Origin: Ignavibacteria bacterium
GTDB taxonomy: Bacteria > Bacteroidota > Ignavibacteria > Kapaibacteriales > UBA4661
Length of the DNA stretch: 64,000 bases
Reading direction: 5' to 3'
NCBI GenBank assembly: GCA_013298775.1
Contig: JAAFIV010000003.1
Location: 141,460 to 205,459 of the forward strand
Shown: positions 1 through 9,706 of the stretch, piece after piece
Layout: each line of letters opens with the position of its first letter
Position numbering within the stretch: the first letter of the stretch is position 1
Notes under the pieces: generated by a model
What the model saw: only the letters and a program-made list of their open reading frames with translations
Database searches by the model: none
What the model was told of the DNA's origin: nothing
Position numbers and translations under genes: made by a program

Positions 1-1959
1 CCGCTTGGTGCGTGTCCGACCTGCGAAGGCTTTGGGCGCACGATGGGCATTGATGAGGATTTGGTGATTCCGAACAAGCAAAAATCCATCATGGACGGCG
101 CAGTGCATCCCTTCCAAACGCCCGCCCATACAAAGTATCAAACAGATTTATTGAAAGAAGCCGAAGCGCGTAAAATAGACCTCCGCAAGCCCATTGCCGC
201 TTTTACCAAAGAAGAATTTCGTTTCGTTTGGGAAGGCGCGGGCAAGTACGACGGCGTAACGGGCTTTTTCAAAATGGTCGAGGACAATTACCAAAAAATG
301 CACTACCGTGTGCTGATGAGCCGCTATCGGGGCTACACGCGCTGCTACGACTGCGGCGGTTCGCGCCTGAAATTGTCCGCTCGGCGCGTCTTTATTGGCG
401 CGAAGAGTATGAGTGAAGTTGTAAACATGACGCTTGAAGAAGCAGGAGAATTTTTCAACAGCCTGAAACTAAGCGAGTTCCAAGCGACCATCGCCGAGCG
501 CATTTTGAAGGAAATCACCACACGCCTCAGCCTCTTGAACGCAATGGGACTGGGCTACCTCACGCTCGACCGCTTGGCGCATACGCTCTCTGGCGGCGAG
601 GTGCAACGCATTAACCTTGCAACCTCGATTGGCTCATCGCTCGTCGGCGCGTTGTACGTGTTGGACGAACCCAGTATTGGTCTGCATCCGCGCGATACCG
701 AGCGCATGATTTCGGTCATGGAACGCCTTCGCAACTTAGGAAATACCGTGATTGTCGTCGAACACGACGAAGACATCATGCGCCGCGCCGATATGCTGAT
801 AGACATGGGACCAAAGGCGGGTGAGTTGGGCGGCGAGATTATTTTTCAAGGCACACACGCGGAAATTTTGAAGGATGAAAAATCGCTTACAGGCAAGTAT
901 TTATCGGGCAAGCTGGAGATTTCTATTCCCAAAACGCGCAATGCGGGCAATGGCAAAAGTATCGTCGTGAAGGGTGCGCATGAAAATAATTTGAAGAACA
1001 TTGATGTTGAAATTCCGCTTGGCAAAATGGTCGTCGTTACGGGCGTGAGCGGCTCTGGCAAATCTACCTTTGTGCATGATGTGTTCTACGGCGCGATGCT
1101 GCGGGCGTTGCAGCAACCCGTGAACAACGTCGGCAAGCACGAAGGCTTGGAAGGCGCACAAAATATAGCGCATATCGAAATGGTGGACCAGTCGCCGATT
1201 GGCAAATCGCCGCGCTCCACGCCCGCCACGTACACGAAAGCATTCGACTACATCCGCGATACCTTCTCCGACACGCAAGCCGCAAAGCAACTGGGCTGGA
1301 AGGCTGGTTATTTCTCCTTCAACGTTCCGGGCGGACGCTGCGAAACCTGTCAGGGCGATGGCATGGTGAAAATTGAAATGCAGTTTTTGGCAGATTTGTA
1401 CCTGCAATGCGAGGACTGTGGCGGTTCGCGCTACAAAAAGGAAGCTCGCAGTATTCTCTTCAAAAACAAATCTATCATTGATGTTTTGGATATGACGGTA
1501 GATGAAGCGGTGGAATTTTTTCAGGGTGAAAACCGCATTGTTGCTCGCTTGAAGCCCTTGCAGGATGTTGGTTTGGGCTATATGCGCTTGGGGCAGCCCG
1601 GCACGACACTCTCGGGCGGCGAGGCACAGCGCGTGAAATTGGCAACGCATTTGCTGGAAAAATCAAGCGAGGCGACCATGTTTATTTTCGATGAACCCAC
1701 CACAGGTCTGCATTTCGACGACATTGCGAAACTCATCAAAGCCTTCCAAGAACTCGTCAAGCGCGGTCATTCCTTGCTCATCGTCGAGCATAATCCCGAC
1801 GTGATGAAATGTGCGGATTGGATTCTGGACATGGGACCAGATGCCGGCGCGAAAGGCGGGACGCTCGTTGCGGCGGGAACGCCAGAAGACGTTGCAAAGG
1901 TGAAGGAATCGCACACGGGGCGGTTTTTGCGGGAAATGCTTACAGGTGTGAAGTTGTAA
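1..1959 (+). CDS. uvrA: Excinuclease ABC subunit A (5' end lies outside the window)
   Basis: Frame is open from base 1 (PLGACPTCEGFG zinc finger). Two ABC signatures (LSGGEVQRINLA, LSGGEAQRVKLA), Walker A GVSGSGKS, FSFNVPGGRCETCQGDG zinc finger. Confidence 0.97.
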   Translation, partial: PLGACPTCEGFGRTMGIDEDLVIPNKQKSIMDGAVHPFQTPAHTKYQTDLLKEAEARKIDLRKPIAAFTKEEFRFVWEGAGKYDGVTGFFKMVEDNYQKMHYRVLMSRYRGYTRCYDCGGSRLKLSARRVFIGAKSMSEVVNMTLEEAGEFFNSLKLSEFQATIAERILKEITTRLSLLNAMGLGYLTLDRLAHTLSGGEVQRINLATSIGSSLVGALYVLDEPSIGLHPRDTERMISVMERLRNLGNTVIVVEHDEDIMRRADMLIDMGPKAGELGGEIIFQGTHAEILKDEKSLTGKYLSGKLEISIPKTRNAGNGKSIVVKGAHENNLKNIDVEIPLGKMVVVTGVSGSGKSTFVHDVFYGAMLRALQQPVNNVGKHEGLEGAQNIAHIEMVDQSPIGKSPRSTPATYTKAFDYIRDTFSDTQAAKQLGWKAGYFSFNVPGGRCETCQGDGMVKIEMQFLADLYLQCEDCGGSRYKKEARSILFKNKSIIDVLDMTVDEAVEFFQGENRIVARLKPLQDVGLGYMRLGQPGTTLSGGEAQRVKLATHLLEKSSEATMFIFDEPTTGLHFDDIAKLIKAFQELVKRGHSLLIVEHNPDVMKCADWILDMGPDAGAKGGTLVAAGTPEDVAKVKESHTGRFLREMLTGVKL

Positions 1960-2053
1960 AGCTAGTGTTTATCAGTGTTTCTGTCCATTGCAGATATTTT
2001 TGTAGGTGTTGTTATTTCAAGAATATACTTCTCAATGTTGTTGATATGAGTTT

Positions 2054-2602
2054 ATGGCAAAACGCTCCAAAGCCCTCGCTGCTGTCTTTGCGAAGCTGCA
2101 AAACTGGACACAGACAACACGCAGCGAACTTCTTTTTGTAACGTTTCTTTTAAGTGGACTGCTTGCGGGACTCGTATTTACAAAGGTTTCACGGTATCAC
2201 CCCGAAGAAGTTTCTATGACCAATAGCGAACTTCAGCACGTGATGGACAGCCTCGCCATCGTGGAAGCCAGCACCTATACAGGCGTTACGCCCAACGCCG
2301 AGCCAGTGCCAGAGCTTGCCAAAGGAGATACGTTGCTGAAACAAGGCATGGGGACTGGTTTTGGGGGAAATCAAACACGGGGAAGAAAAGCGGGAAGTGA
2401 AAAAATTAGCACAGGAACAATCAAACTCAATACTGCCACAGTGCGAGATTTAATGCGGCTTCCGGGCGTGGGCGAAGCAACGGCAGAGAAGATTCTCGCC
2501 GAGCGCACCACGCGCCGTTTTACGCGTATTGAAGACGTGATGCGGGTCAAGGGAATTGGCAAGAAAAAATTTGAAGCAATGAAGCCATTTTTGGAGTTAT
2601 AG
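2054..2602 (+). CDS. ComEA-family helix-hairpin-helix DNA-binding protein with N-terminal membrane anchor
   Basis: N-terminal TM segment; C-terminal LNTAT..DLMRLPGVGEATAEKI...FTRIEDVMRVKGIGKKKFE tandem HhH motifs. Confidence 0.85.
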   Translation: MAKRSKALAAVFAKLQNWTQTTRSELLFVTFLLSGLLAGLVFTKVSRYHPEEVSMTNSELQHVMDSLAIVEASTYTGVTPNAEPVPELAKGDTLLKQGMGTGFGGNQTRGRKAGSEKISTGTIKLNTATVRDLMRLPGVGEATAEKILAERTTRRFTRIEDVMRVKGIGKKKFEAMKPFLEL

Positions 2603-2667
2603 GCGGCGCAGGTATAGTATTTGCTCGTTCAGATTCAGATAAAACTTCTGAACAGCACGAAAAATCA

Positions 2668-2750
2668 GGCTTCAGTGGCACAGACATTCTTGTCTGTGTG
2701 GTACACCTGAACCTCGCACCAACACTCACAGACAAGAATGTCTGTGCCAC
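2668..2750. repeat. Repeat family B: inverted pair of GTGG/GTAG-led REP hairpins (REPIN-like)
   Basis: GTGGCACAGACATTCTTGTCTGTG ... CACAGACAAGAATGTCTGTGCCAC; nearly identical to 62284-62366. Confidence 0.85.
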
Positions 2751-2793
2751 TATATAATCTTTTTGTTGTGTCGCACTATCACTCATTTTCCGC

Positions 2794-3732
2794 CTACTGC
2801 CGCGCCATCACAAATGGCACACAATTACAAATTTTCTGCACTGTCGGCTTGGCTTTATCGGCAGCTTCTCGGCTAGAGTACACGCCAACAGTAACGGCAT
2901 ATTTTGCTGCCCCTTCCAAATTTTTTTCAATAATATTCGCTTTCATTCGCGCTTTGCGAAATCGCTCAACTTCCTCATCAGCACTGGCTTTGGTGGCATA
3001 TAAGCCTACTTGTAGTGTGAAGCGCGTTGCTTCTTCGGCATCCGTTGCTGCGGGAGTTGTCGCAGGAGGAGTCTTTTCCAAAGCCATATTGGGTACGGCT
3101 TCTGGGGCTGATTTTGGTTTTGCGGGTTCGCTTTTTACTGGCTCTAGTTTTGTCTCCGCTTTTGGCGAAGAAGGCTCAGAGCGCACTACCAATGGGCGTT
3201 CTGGCGGAGTATTGGAGGATGCAACAACAATACTCGGACGCGCTGCGCCAAACGACGGTGGCAAGCCAACGGCTGATTTGACAATCTCCGCCGAAAACAG
3301 CAAAAACTCCGACGCGGGATATTTTTTGCGAAAGGTTTGTAGCTCCGAGCGAGCATTCATCGTGTCTTTGCGCAATGCGTAAATCTGCACCACGCGCCAC
3401 TGCGCATCATCCGCCCAAATACTTTGTGGGCTTTCCCGCACAATGCGCACAAACAGCGGCAATGCTTTATTGCCGTCGGTGAGCAAAGTTGCATTCAAAA
3501 ACTGCACACCTGCGTCGTTGGGATACGATTTTACCAAGTCTGGCAATTCCGCTCGCACCGCAGCAGCATTTCCCAGCGCAACTTGGCGGAGTTTCGCCCG
3601 CACAAGATTATCCGTGCCTTGTGCGCCGCTTGTTGTCTGCGTTTGCGCTTGCATCTGTACGCTACACCAACACGCACACACCAGCAATGAAGCCATTCGG
3701 CGGCGAAGAGAATGAACAAAAAAAGACATCAT
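2794..3732 (-). CDS. Secreted SPOR-domain protein with N-terminal TPR-like helices
   Basis: Signal-peptide-like N-terminus, TPR-like region (PQSIWADDAQWR), Pro/Ala/Lys linker, C-terminal FTLQVGLY...YAVTVGVYSSREAA SPOR motif. Confidence 0.8.
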   Translation of the reverse strand: MMSFFVHSLRRRMASLLVCACWCSVQMQAQTQTTSGAQGTDNLVRAKLRQVALGNAAAVRAELPDLVKSYPNDAGVQFLNATLLTDGNKALPLFVRIVRESPQSIWADDAQWRVVQIYALRKDTMNARSELQTFRKKYPASEFLLFSAEIVKSAVGLPPSFGAARPSIVVASSNTPPERPLVVRSEPSSPKAETKLEPVKSEPAKPKSAPEAVPNMALEKTPPATTPAATDAEEATRFTLQVGLYATKASADEEVERFRKARMKANIIEKNLEGAAKYAVTVGVYSSREAADKAKPTVQKICNCVPFVMARQ

Positions 3733-3769
3733 AGACGAGGGGGAACAAATTCACAAAGGTTTTACGATT

Positions 3770-3830
3770 ATTTCAGAACAATTTTAGAACGATTTCAGAA
3801 CAATTTTAGAACGATTTCAGAATGATTTCA
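3770..3830. repeat. Tandem repeat, 11-bp unit x ~5.5 (ATTTCAGAACA/ATTTTAGAACG alternating)
   Basis: Directly visible in the divergent intergenic region between the SPOR gene and murG. Confidence 0.9.
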
Positions 3831-3906
3831 CTGCAAATTACATATTTTTGTGCTTTCTTTTGACCTTGAAGTTTAATTCGACCACTACAACGCCCCAGAG
3901 TACCTC

Positions 3907-5043
3907 ATGGAACAAACACCGCATGAATCCATTTTGCCTCAAACTCCCTTCAAAGCCTTGATTGCTGCTGGCGGGACGGGTGGACATTTGTTTCCTGCTA
4001 TTGCGGTTGCTGAAGAATGCGCGGCGATGGTGGGCGGAAATTGCGCGATAGAATTCATCGGCACCGCCGACCGAATTGAGGCAACAATCGTGCCAAAACA
4101 TGGCTATCCGTTTCATACCTTGCCGATAGCGGGCTTGCAAAAACTCTTTTCCTTCAATACGCTAAAATTGCCGTTTCAAATTCTGCAATCCATTCAAAAA
4201 GCGCGTTCTGTGTTGCAAGCAATGAAGCCGCATTGCGTCATTTGCGCGGGCGCGTATTTGAGCTATCCCGTTGGTATTGCTGCTTCGCAGCTTGGTATTC
4301 CCTTGTTTTTGATGGAGTCGAATGCGATTCCTGGAAAAACAATTTTGCAGCTTGCTTCCCGCGCAACAAGGATTTATGCGACGTTTGAGGAATCGCGCCA
4401 GCATTTTTCGGCAAATATTCAATCGAAAATTGAGGTAAAAGGAAATCCTGTCCGCTCGAATTTATCTACTCTTCCCGACCAACGCACGGCTCGAATCGCA
4501 TTAAACCTCGCAATCGACAAACCGACTATCTTTATCTTCGGAGGCAGCTTGGGAGCGCGTTCTATCAATGCGGCGGTGAATGATGCAATGGATAAATTTC
4601 GTGCCGCAGGAATTCAAGTGCTGTGGCAAACAGGCAAAAACTATTCGCCCATGACCAACACGGGCGGCGTTGCTGAGGTGCTGACCTTCATTGATAACAT
4701 GGCACATGCCTACGCTGCCGCCGACCTCGTTGTTTGCCGCGCTGGAGCGACCACGCTTGCTGAACTTGCCATTGTCCGCAAACCCGCTATTTTGGTGCCA
4801 TTTCCGCAAGCTGCCAACGACCATCAAACCGCCAATGCACGCGCCCTTCAAGAACAAGGCGCGGCAATTCTTCTCCGCGATGCTGATGTTCGCGCACGAC
4901 TCTTCGAGTCGGCACACGGCATTCTGCAAAATACTCGCGCACAAGCCGCAATGACCGACGCGCTCACGCGGTTTGCCAAGCCACAGGCGGCGCGGGATAT
5001 TGCGGAGGCAATTTTGCAGCAAGTGTACTCGCAAAGCGCATGA
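3907..5043 (+). CDS. murG: Undecaprenyldiphospho-muramoylpentapeptide beta-N-acetylglucosaminyltransferase
   Basis: AAGGTGGHLFPA, ESNAIPGK, GNPVR, FGGSLGA, RAGATTLAE, P.P.AANDHQTANA motifs. Confidence 0.97.
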   Translation: MEQTPHESILPQTPFKALIAAGGTGGHLFPAIAVAEECAAMVGGNCAIEFIGTADRIEATIVPKHGYPFHTLPIAGLQKLFSFNTLKLPFQILQSIQKARSVLQAMKPHCVICAGAYLSYPVGIAASQLGIPLFLMESNAIPGKTILQLASRATRIYATFEESRQHFSANIQSKIEVKGNPVRSNLSTLPDQRTARIALNLAIDKPTIFIFGGSLGARSINAAVNDAMDKFRAAGIQVLWQTGKNYSPMTNTGGVAEVLTFIDNMAHAYAAADLVVCRAGATTLAELAIVRKPAILVPFPQAANDHQTANARALQEQGAAILLRDADVRARLFESAHGILQNTRAQAAMTDALTRFAKPQAARDIAEAILQQVYSQSA

Positions 5044-5066
5044 ATAATTGTTTTACTCAAGGTCTT

Positions 5067-5175
5067 CCCGTCGGGCGGCTGAGGAGTGCAGATACGATGC
5101 CGTCCGGCGGGTTGGCGGCTTGTACAAAACCCGCCGGACGGCTACTGCACTTGTGATAACAGCCGCTTGGGCGGG
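5067..5175. repeat. Repeat family A: ~110-bp nested palindrome
   Basis: GTCGGGCGGCTG...GCCGTCCGGCGGGT...ACCCGCCGGACGGC...TGTGATAACAGCCGC; 8 copies in the window. Confidence 0.9.
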
Positions 5176-5228
5176 GCGGTATCTGAACTCATTTGCTCGA
5201 AAAATTTCCTTTTTCAATCCACACCACC

Positions 5229-5939
5229 ATGCCACTACTGCTTCGCGCTGAAAATCTTCATAAATCCTACACCACAGCCACAGGAGCGGCTTCAACACCA
5301 GTGTTGCGCGGTGTTTCGCTGAATATTGAGCAAGGCGAAATTATTGCGATTGTCGGCGCGTCGGGCGCAGGAAAAAGCACCTTGCTCCATCTTTTGGGCG
5401 CGTTGGACGAAGCTGATGAAGGAACGATTGAGCTGCATTCCGCCACTGAAGGCAGCACCACGCCTCGCTTGTACGCCTCGTTGAACGACACCGAGCTTTC
5501 GGCTTTGCGCAACTCGTTGTTGGGATTTATCTTTCAATTTCACCATCTCTTGCCCGAATTTACGGCATTGGAAAATGTGATGATGCCGCTTTTGATTGCA
5601 GGAGTGCCGCAGAATCAAGCAAAGGTGAGGGCGCAAGAGCTTTTGGAGCAGGTCGGCTTGCAGGAGCGTGTGCAACACAAGCCCGACGCGCTCTCTGGCG
5701 GCGAGCAGCAGCGCGTGGCGTTTGCGCGGGCAATGGTGAATAATCCGATATTGGTGCTGGCAGACGAGCCAACGGGGAATCTTGATGCCACCAACAGCGC
5801 ATTATTGCTGGATTTGATGAAACGTTTTCGCACAGAACGCGGCACAACGTTTGTTCTCGTCACTCACAGCGCAGAACTTGCCGCCGGAGCCGATAAATGC
5901 TTGCGTTTACAGGCGGGACAGTTTACTGAACGTGTGTGA
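5229..5939 (+). CDS. lolD: ABC transporter ATP-binding protein, LolD/MacB-like (probably lipoprotein-releasing system ATPase)
   Basis: GASGAGKST, GFIFQFHHLLPEFTALENV, LSGGEQQRVAFARA, LADEPTGNLD; ATG at 5229 preferred. Confidence 0.8.
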   Translation: MPLLLRAENLHKSYTTATGAASTPVLRGVSLNIEQGEIIAIVGASGAGKSTLLHLLGALDEADEGTIELHSATEGSTTPRLYASLNDTELSALRNSLLGFIFQFHHLLPEFTALENVMMPLLIAGVPQNQAKVRAQELLEQVGLQERVQHKPDALSGGEQQRVAFARAMVNNPILVLADEPTGNLDATNSALLLDLMKRFRTERGTTFVLVTHSAELAAGADKCLRLQAGQFTERV

Positions 5940-5983
5940 TACGGTTATGGATGCAGTACCGTAGTTAATACCGTAGCGTCGTG

Positions 5984-6053
5984 CGGCGCAGACAGGAGTG
6001 TCCGCGCTACTGATGAATACTGGCTTCGGTAGAACAGACACTCTTGTCTGTTC
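5984..6053. repeat. Repeat family B pair (hairpin-CTAC ... GTAG-hairpin)
   Basis: GCGCAGACAGGAGTGTCCGCGCTAC ... GGCTTCGGTAGAACAGACACTCTTGTCTGTTC. Confidence 0.85.
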
Positions 6054-6194
6054 ATAAACTATAATTCTACACACATCCGCCAAAGCATTTGCGATAGCAC
6101 TTGCAAGAAAGCGCGAAGGCAGTTATTTTGAGGTGCGCAGAATACACACAATCACCGCACCTTCACGACGTGAAGAATATTATCGAACAAATCT

Positions 6195-6716
6195 ATGGCT
6201 CTCTCAACATCGTCAGAATCTGGAACATCGCCCTCGCCTGAAACGCCCTCCATTACCATCACTCATGCTGTAACGCCTGAGTTGGTGCGCTTTTTCCGCT
6301 CTCTCGCCAGCGAGCTTATTGATGGCTACGGCTTCGACCTGAGCTTTCAAGGCGTGAACGAGGAATTGGCGAATTTGCCTGGCGAGTATGCCGCTCCCGA
6401 AGGCGCACTCGTGCTGGCGTTTGTGAATGGATTAGCGGCGGGCTGTGTTGCCATGCGTCCTTTGGGCGATGGCTATTGCGAAATGAAGCGATTGTATGTG
6501 CGCACGGATTATCGGCGTTTTCACATTGGCAGAATTTTATGCAAAGAATTGATGGACACCGCACGGAAACAGGGCTATAAGGCAATGCGCCTTGATACGC
6601 GCGGCAGCATGATGCAAACCGCTATTCGCCTCTATGAATCGCTTGGATTTTACGAAATTCCGCCCTACAACAACGCTCCTTTCGAGGACATGTACTACAT
6701 GGAATGCAAGCTGTAA
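6195..6716 (+). CDS. GNAT-family N-acetyltransferase
   Basis: ELANLPGEYAAPEG, CEMKRLYVR, MRLDT, AIRLYESLGF motifs. Confidence 0.9.
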   Translation: MALSTSSESGTSPSPETPSITITHAVTPELVRFFRSLASELIDGYGFDLSFQGVNEELANLPGEYAAPEGALVLAFVNGLAAGCVAMRPLGDGYCEMKRLYVRTDYRRFHIGRILCKELMDTARKQGYKAMRLDTRGSMMQTAIRLYESLGFYEIPPYNNAPFEDMYYMECKL

Positions 6717-6809
6717 ACCTTAATAAAATTTACACTTATCGCTCAAAACTCAATACTTAAAACGTTCTTCTTTCCACCCGCTTTTCGGAGCAATTTTTTC
6801 AGAAACAGT

Positions 6810-7190
6810 ATGAATTTTCCCGATACCCTCAAATACACCAAAGAACACGAATGGGTTCGCGTTGAAGGCACAACCGCGATTGTCGGCATTACCGACCACG
6901 CACAAGGCGAACTTGGCGACATCGTGTATGTGGATATTCCCGATGCCGCAGCAACGCTGAAACAAGGCGATACCTTTGGCACAATTGAAGCAGTAAAGAC
7001 CGTTGCAGACTTGTTCTCGCCTGTGAGCGGCACCATTACTGAGGTTCACAGTGCGGTGAATGACGCGCCAGAATCGGTGAATAGCGACCCGTACACGGAA
7101 GGCTGGCTTGTGAAAATTGAAATGTCCAATCCCGCCGAAGTGGACGCGCTCATGGATGTTGTGGCGTACAAGGCTTTGGTTGGGCAATAG
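6810..7190 (+). CDS. gcvH: Glycine cleavage system H protein
   Basis: [26 protein letters not shown], lipoyl-lysine [17 protein letters not shown]. Confidence 0.97.
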   Translation: MNFPDTLKYTKEHEWVRVEGTTAIVGITDHAQGELGDIVYVDIPDAAATLKQGDTFGTIEAVKTVADLFSPVSGTITEVHSAVNDAPESVNSDPYTEGWLVKIEMSNPAEVDALMDVVAYKALVGQ

Positions 7191-7200
7191 ATTATTTGTA

Positions 7201-7246
7201 CCCGTCGGGCGGCTGTTATCACAAGCACAGTAGCCGTCCGGCGGGT
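7201..7246. repeat. Repeat family A, half copy
   Basis: CCCGTCGGGCGGCTGTTATCACAAGCACAGTAGCCGTCCGGCGGGT between the convergent gcvH and kinase genes. Confidence 0.85.
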
Positions 7247-7258
7247 TTTCCTCGCGAA

Positions 7259-8293
7259 TCACAACAACGGCACTTTCACGCAAAATACTTCATTCACCTC
7301 CGCAATCACCACAGGACGCTCGTCCAAATAGCTGTACAACTGCACCACGCGCTGCAATCCCTGCCGATTCGACTCCTCGACCATTGTTTTTCGCTGCACA
7401 TTATTTGCTACCGATAAATAGCCATTTCCGTCGAAAATCCTGATATGAAGCGATTTCTGCGCTGAGGCGATATTGTGTTTTACCGCATTTTCAATAAGAA
7501 TTTGCAGCGTAACAGGCGCAATTTTTTTTGTCAATATCTCCTCGTTTACTTCAAAATCTACCTTCAAACCCTCTTGAAACCTAGTCTCCAGCAAATGCAC
7601 ATATCGCTTGACGAAGGTGAGTTCTGTTTCAAGCGAAACAAGTTCATTATTGGCTTGCAGCACGTAGCGATAGACTTTGGAAAGCTGTTGTAAAAAATCA
7701 CTGGCAAGCTGCGGATTCTCAAAAATAAGGCTGTTCAGCGAAGTGAGACTATTGAACAGAAAGTGAGGATTGAACTGGTTTTTGAGGTTGTCGAACTGCA
7801 CTTCGGCGCGTTCTTTTTGGAGGCGTTCATTGCGCAGAAGTTCAGCTTTCCATTTATCAAAAAAATCTTTTCCAAAGAGCGAGAGATTGATAGAAAAAGT
7901 CAATAAAAAACCTGTGAGCGTTGCCGCAACCATGAAGGGTTTGGTGAGCATGGGAAGGCGCAAAACGAGCGGAATATATTCGCCATAAAACCACCAGGAA
8001 ACAACAGCAATACAGGCAAAAAAGACCCACCCAATGAGTACCTGCGCGGCAATTCGGCGTACCACACGCATATCCGATGAAAAGAGGCGAATATCGTAGG
8101 GGAGAAGTTCATTCAATGTATTGTGCAACCACACAAAACCTTCCAACAATGCTGGTCCGAACACAAACGCTGCGCAAAATGAGAAAATATGCAGGTTTAT
8201 GCCCAATTCAGGAAACACATACGCCCGCACCGACGCACCAATGAGGTTCGCGGTAATCACAATCGGGTAGGCTTTTTTGCGATTGATAGTCAT
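7259..8293 (-). CDS. LytS/YehU-type membrane sensor histidine kinase
   Basis: About 4 N-terminal TM segments; LKNQFNPHFLFNSL H-box, LSKVYRYVL, LQILIENAVKHN. Confidence 0.9.
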   Translation of the reverse strand: MTINRKKAYPIVITANLIGASVRAYVFPELGINLHIFSFCAAFVFGPALLEGFVWLHNTLNELLPYDIRLFSSDMRVVRRIAAQVLIGWVFFACIAVVSWWFYGEYIPLVLRLPMLTKPFMVAATLTGFLLTFSINLSLFGKDFFDKWKAELLRNERLQKERAEVQFDNLKNQFNPHFLFNSLTSLNSLIFENPQLASDFLQQLSKVYRYVLQANNELVSLETELTFVKRYVHLLETRFQEGLKVDFEVNEEILTKKIAPVTLQILIENAVKHNIASAQKSLHIRIFDGNGYLSVANNVQRKTMVEESNRQGLQRVVQLYSYLDERPVVIAEVNEVFCVKVPLL

Positions 8294-8323
8294 AATGATT
8301 GTCCAGTCTTGTCATAAAATTCT

Positions 8324-9673
8324 CTACGTCGCTTCAACACTTGCGCGGAAGTGCTTCAATCCAAACGAATACAAGCACACCGCAAGCGACAAACTTCCCA
8401 GCGCGACTGTCGCAATCGAATACTTGAGAAGAAGCGGATTTCCATACACATAATCCGTCAAAGCCGCAACAATGTTGGGTCCGAGGCTTCCACCCAGAAT
8501 GTTGATGGTAAGCAGATACAATGCCCCCGCCTGACCGCGCATTTGATTCGGAAAAAGCTGCTGAATGGCGGCTGGAGCCGCTCCGTAGGGCATAAAACCG
8601 AAAAAGCCTGTGGCAATGAAAAATGGCGCAGCAAGATTTCCCGACGGCATAAAGGGCATAATCACGGCAAAGGGCAGCAAACCTGCGGCGGCAATGAGCA
8701 TCACGCGCATATTTGCATCGCTTTTGCCGCGCTCGAAAAAGTATTTTGCCAAGCGGCTGCCCACCCACAAACCCAGCGTTCCCATGATGATACTCGTGCT
8801 ACCTTGCCAAACGCCGATGTCTGCTTTCTTCCAGGCAAAGGTGCGCACAAAAAATTCGGGAAACCAAAAGCCCACACCTTGATTGAAAATTGAAAACATT
8901 CCAAAGCCAACAACATGGCAGAAAACCGCCATTTTATGCCGCTTGACGTGCTGAAAAAAATCGGAAAGTGTTGTGGCGGAATTGTGCGAATCCACGCCAA
9001 GCCGCTTGGGTTCTCGCACGGTGAGCATGAGCGCGGCAACGGCAAGTCCGGGCAAGCCGACCATGAAGAAAATAAGCTGCCAAGCGTGGATGTCGCCTAG
9101 CACGGGAAGGTTCATCATTCCTGCTCCGGCGGCAAATCCTGCTATGCTTCCTGCCAGCATGACCGCCGTTCCATTGCCAATCGAAATGCCCATCGAATAG
9201 ACGCTCATTGCGGTTGTGCGCTTTTTGGGTGGGAAGTAATCGGCAATGAGCGAATACGCCGCCGGACTCAGCGTCGCCTCGCCAAAGCCCACCGCCACGC
9301 GCCCGATAAAAAGCTGCACGTAGGATGCCGCCAAGCCGCAATACGCCGTCGCCAGCGACCACAGCGTAATGCCAACAGCCGCAAAACTCCTGCGATTCAG
9401 CCTATCTGCCAGCCTACCCGCAGGAACGCCCAGCACCGAGTAAAACAGCGTAAAAGCGATGCCCATAAGCAAACTCATTTGCGAATCGTTGATGCGAAAG
9501 GTTGCTTTGATTGGTCCCACCAAATAGCTGATAATCACGCGGTCAATCATGGACGACGTGTAGGCGAGAACGAGAATCCCGACGGCGTACCATGCCGCCG
9601 AAGAGCGTGGATACTGGGTTTCGGTAGGAGAATTGGAATCATTGTGTATTTGTTGTTGCATGGTGGGTTTCAA
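8324..9673 (-). CDS. MFS transporter (spinster-like)
   Basis: About 12 TM segments; GRLADRLNRR motif A; IGRVAVGFGEATLSPAAYSLIADYFP. Confidence 0.9.
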   Translation of the reverse strand: MKPTMQQQIHNDSNSPTETQYPRSSAAWYAVGILVLAYTSSMIDRVIISYLVGPIKATFRINDSQMSLLMGIAFTLFYSVLGVPAGRLADRLNRRSFAAVGITLWSLATAYCGLAASYVQLFIGRVAVGFGEATLSPAAYSLIADYFPPKKRTTAMSVYSMGISIGNGTAVMLAGSIAGFAAGAGMMNLPVLGDIHAWQLIFFMVGLPGLAVAALMLTVREPKRLGVDSHNSATTLSDFFQHVKRHKMAVFCHVVGFGMFSIFNQGVGFWFPEFFVRTFAWKKADIGVWQGSTSIIMGTLGLWVGSRLAKYFFERGKSDANMRVMLIAAAGLLPFAVIMPFMPSGNLAAPFFIATGFFGFMPYGAAPAAIQQLFPNQMRGQAGALYLLTINILGGSLGPNIVAALTDYVYGNPLLLKYSIATVALGSLSLAVCLYSFGLKHFRASVEAT

Positions 9674-9706
9674 GGTTTGAGAAATGATATTTTTTACGGA
9701 AATTTT

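Noticed and set aside
5048..5322. Short ORFs such as MQIRCRPA.../...TATALVITAA... recurring at 5048, 7046, 11023, 12140, 28687, 36702, 55536
   Set aside because: They are translations of repeat family A, not an independent gene family.
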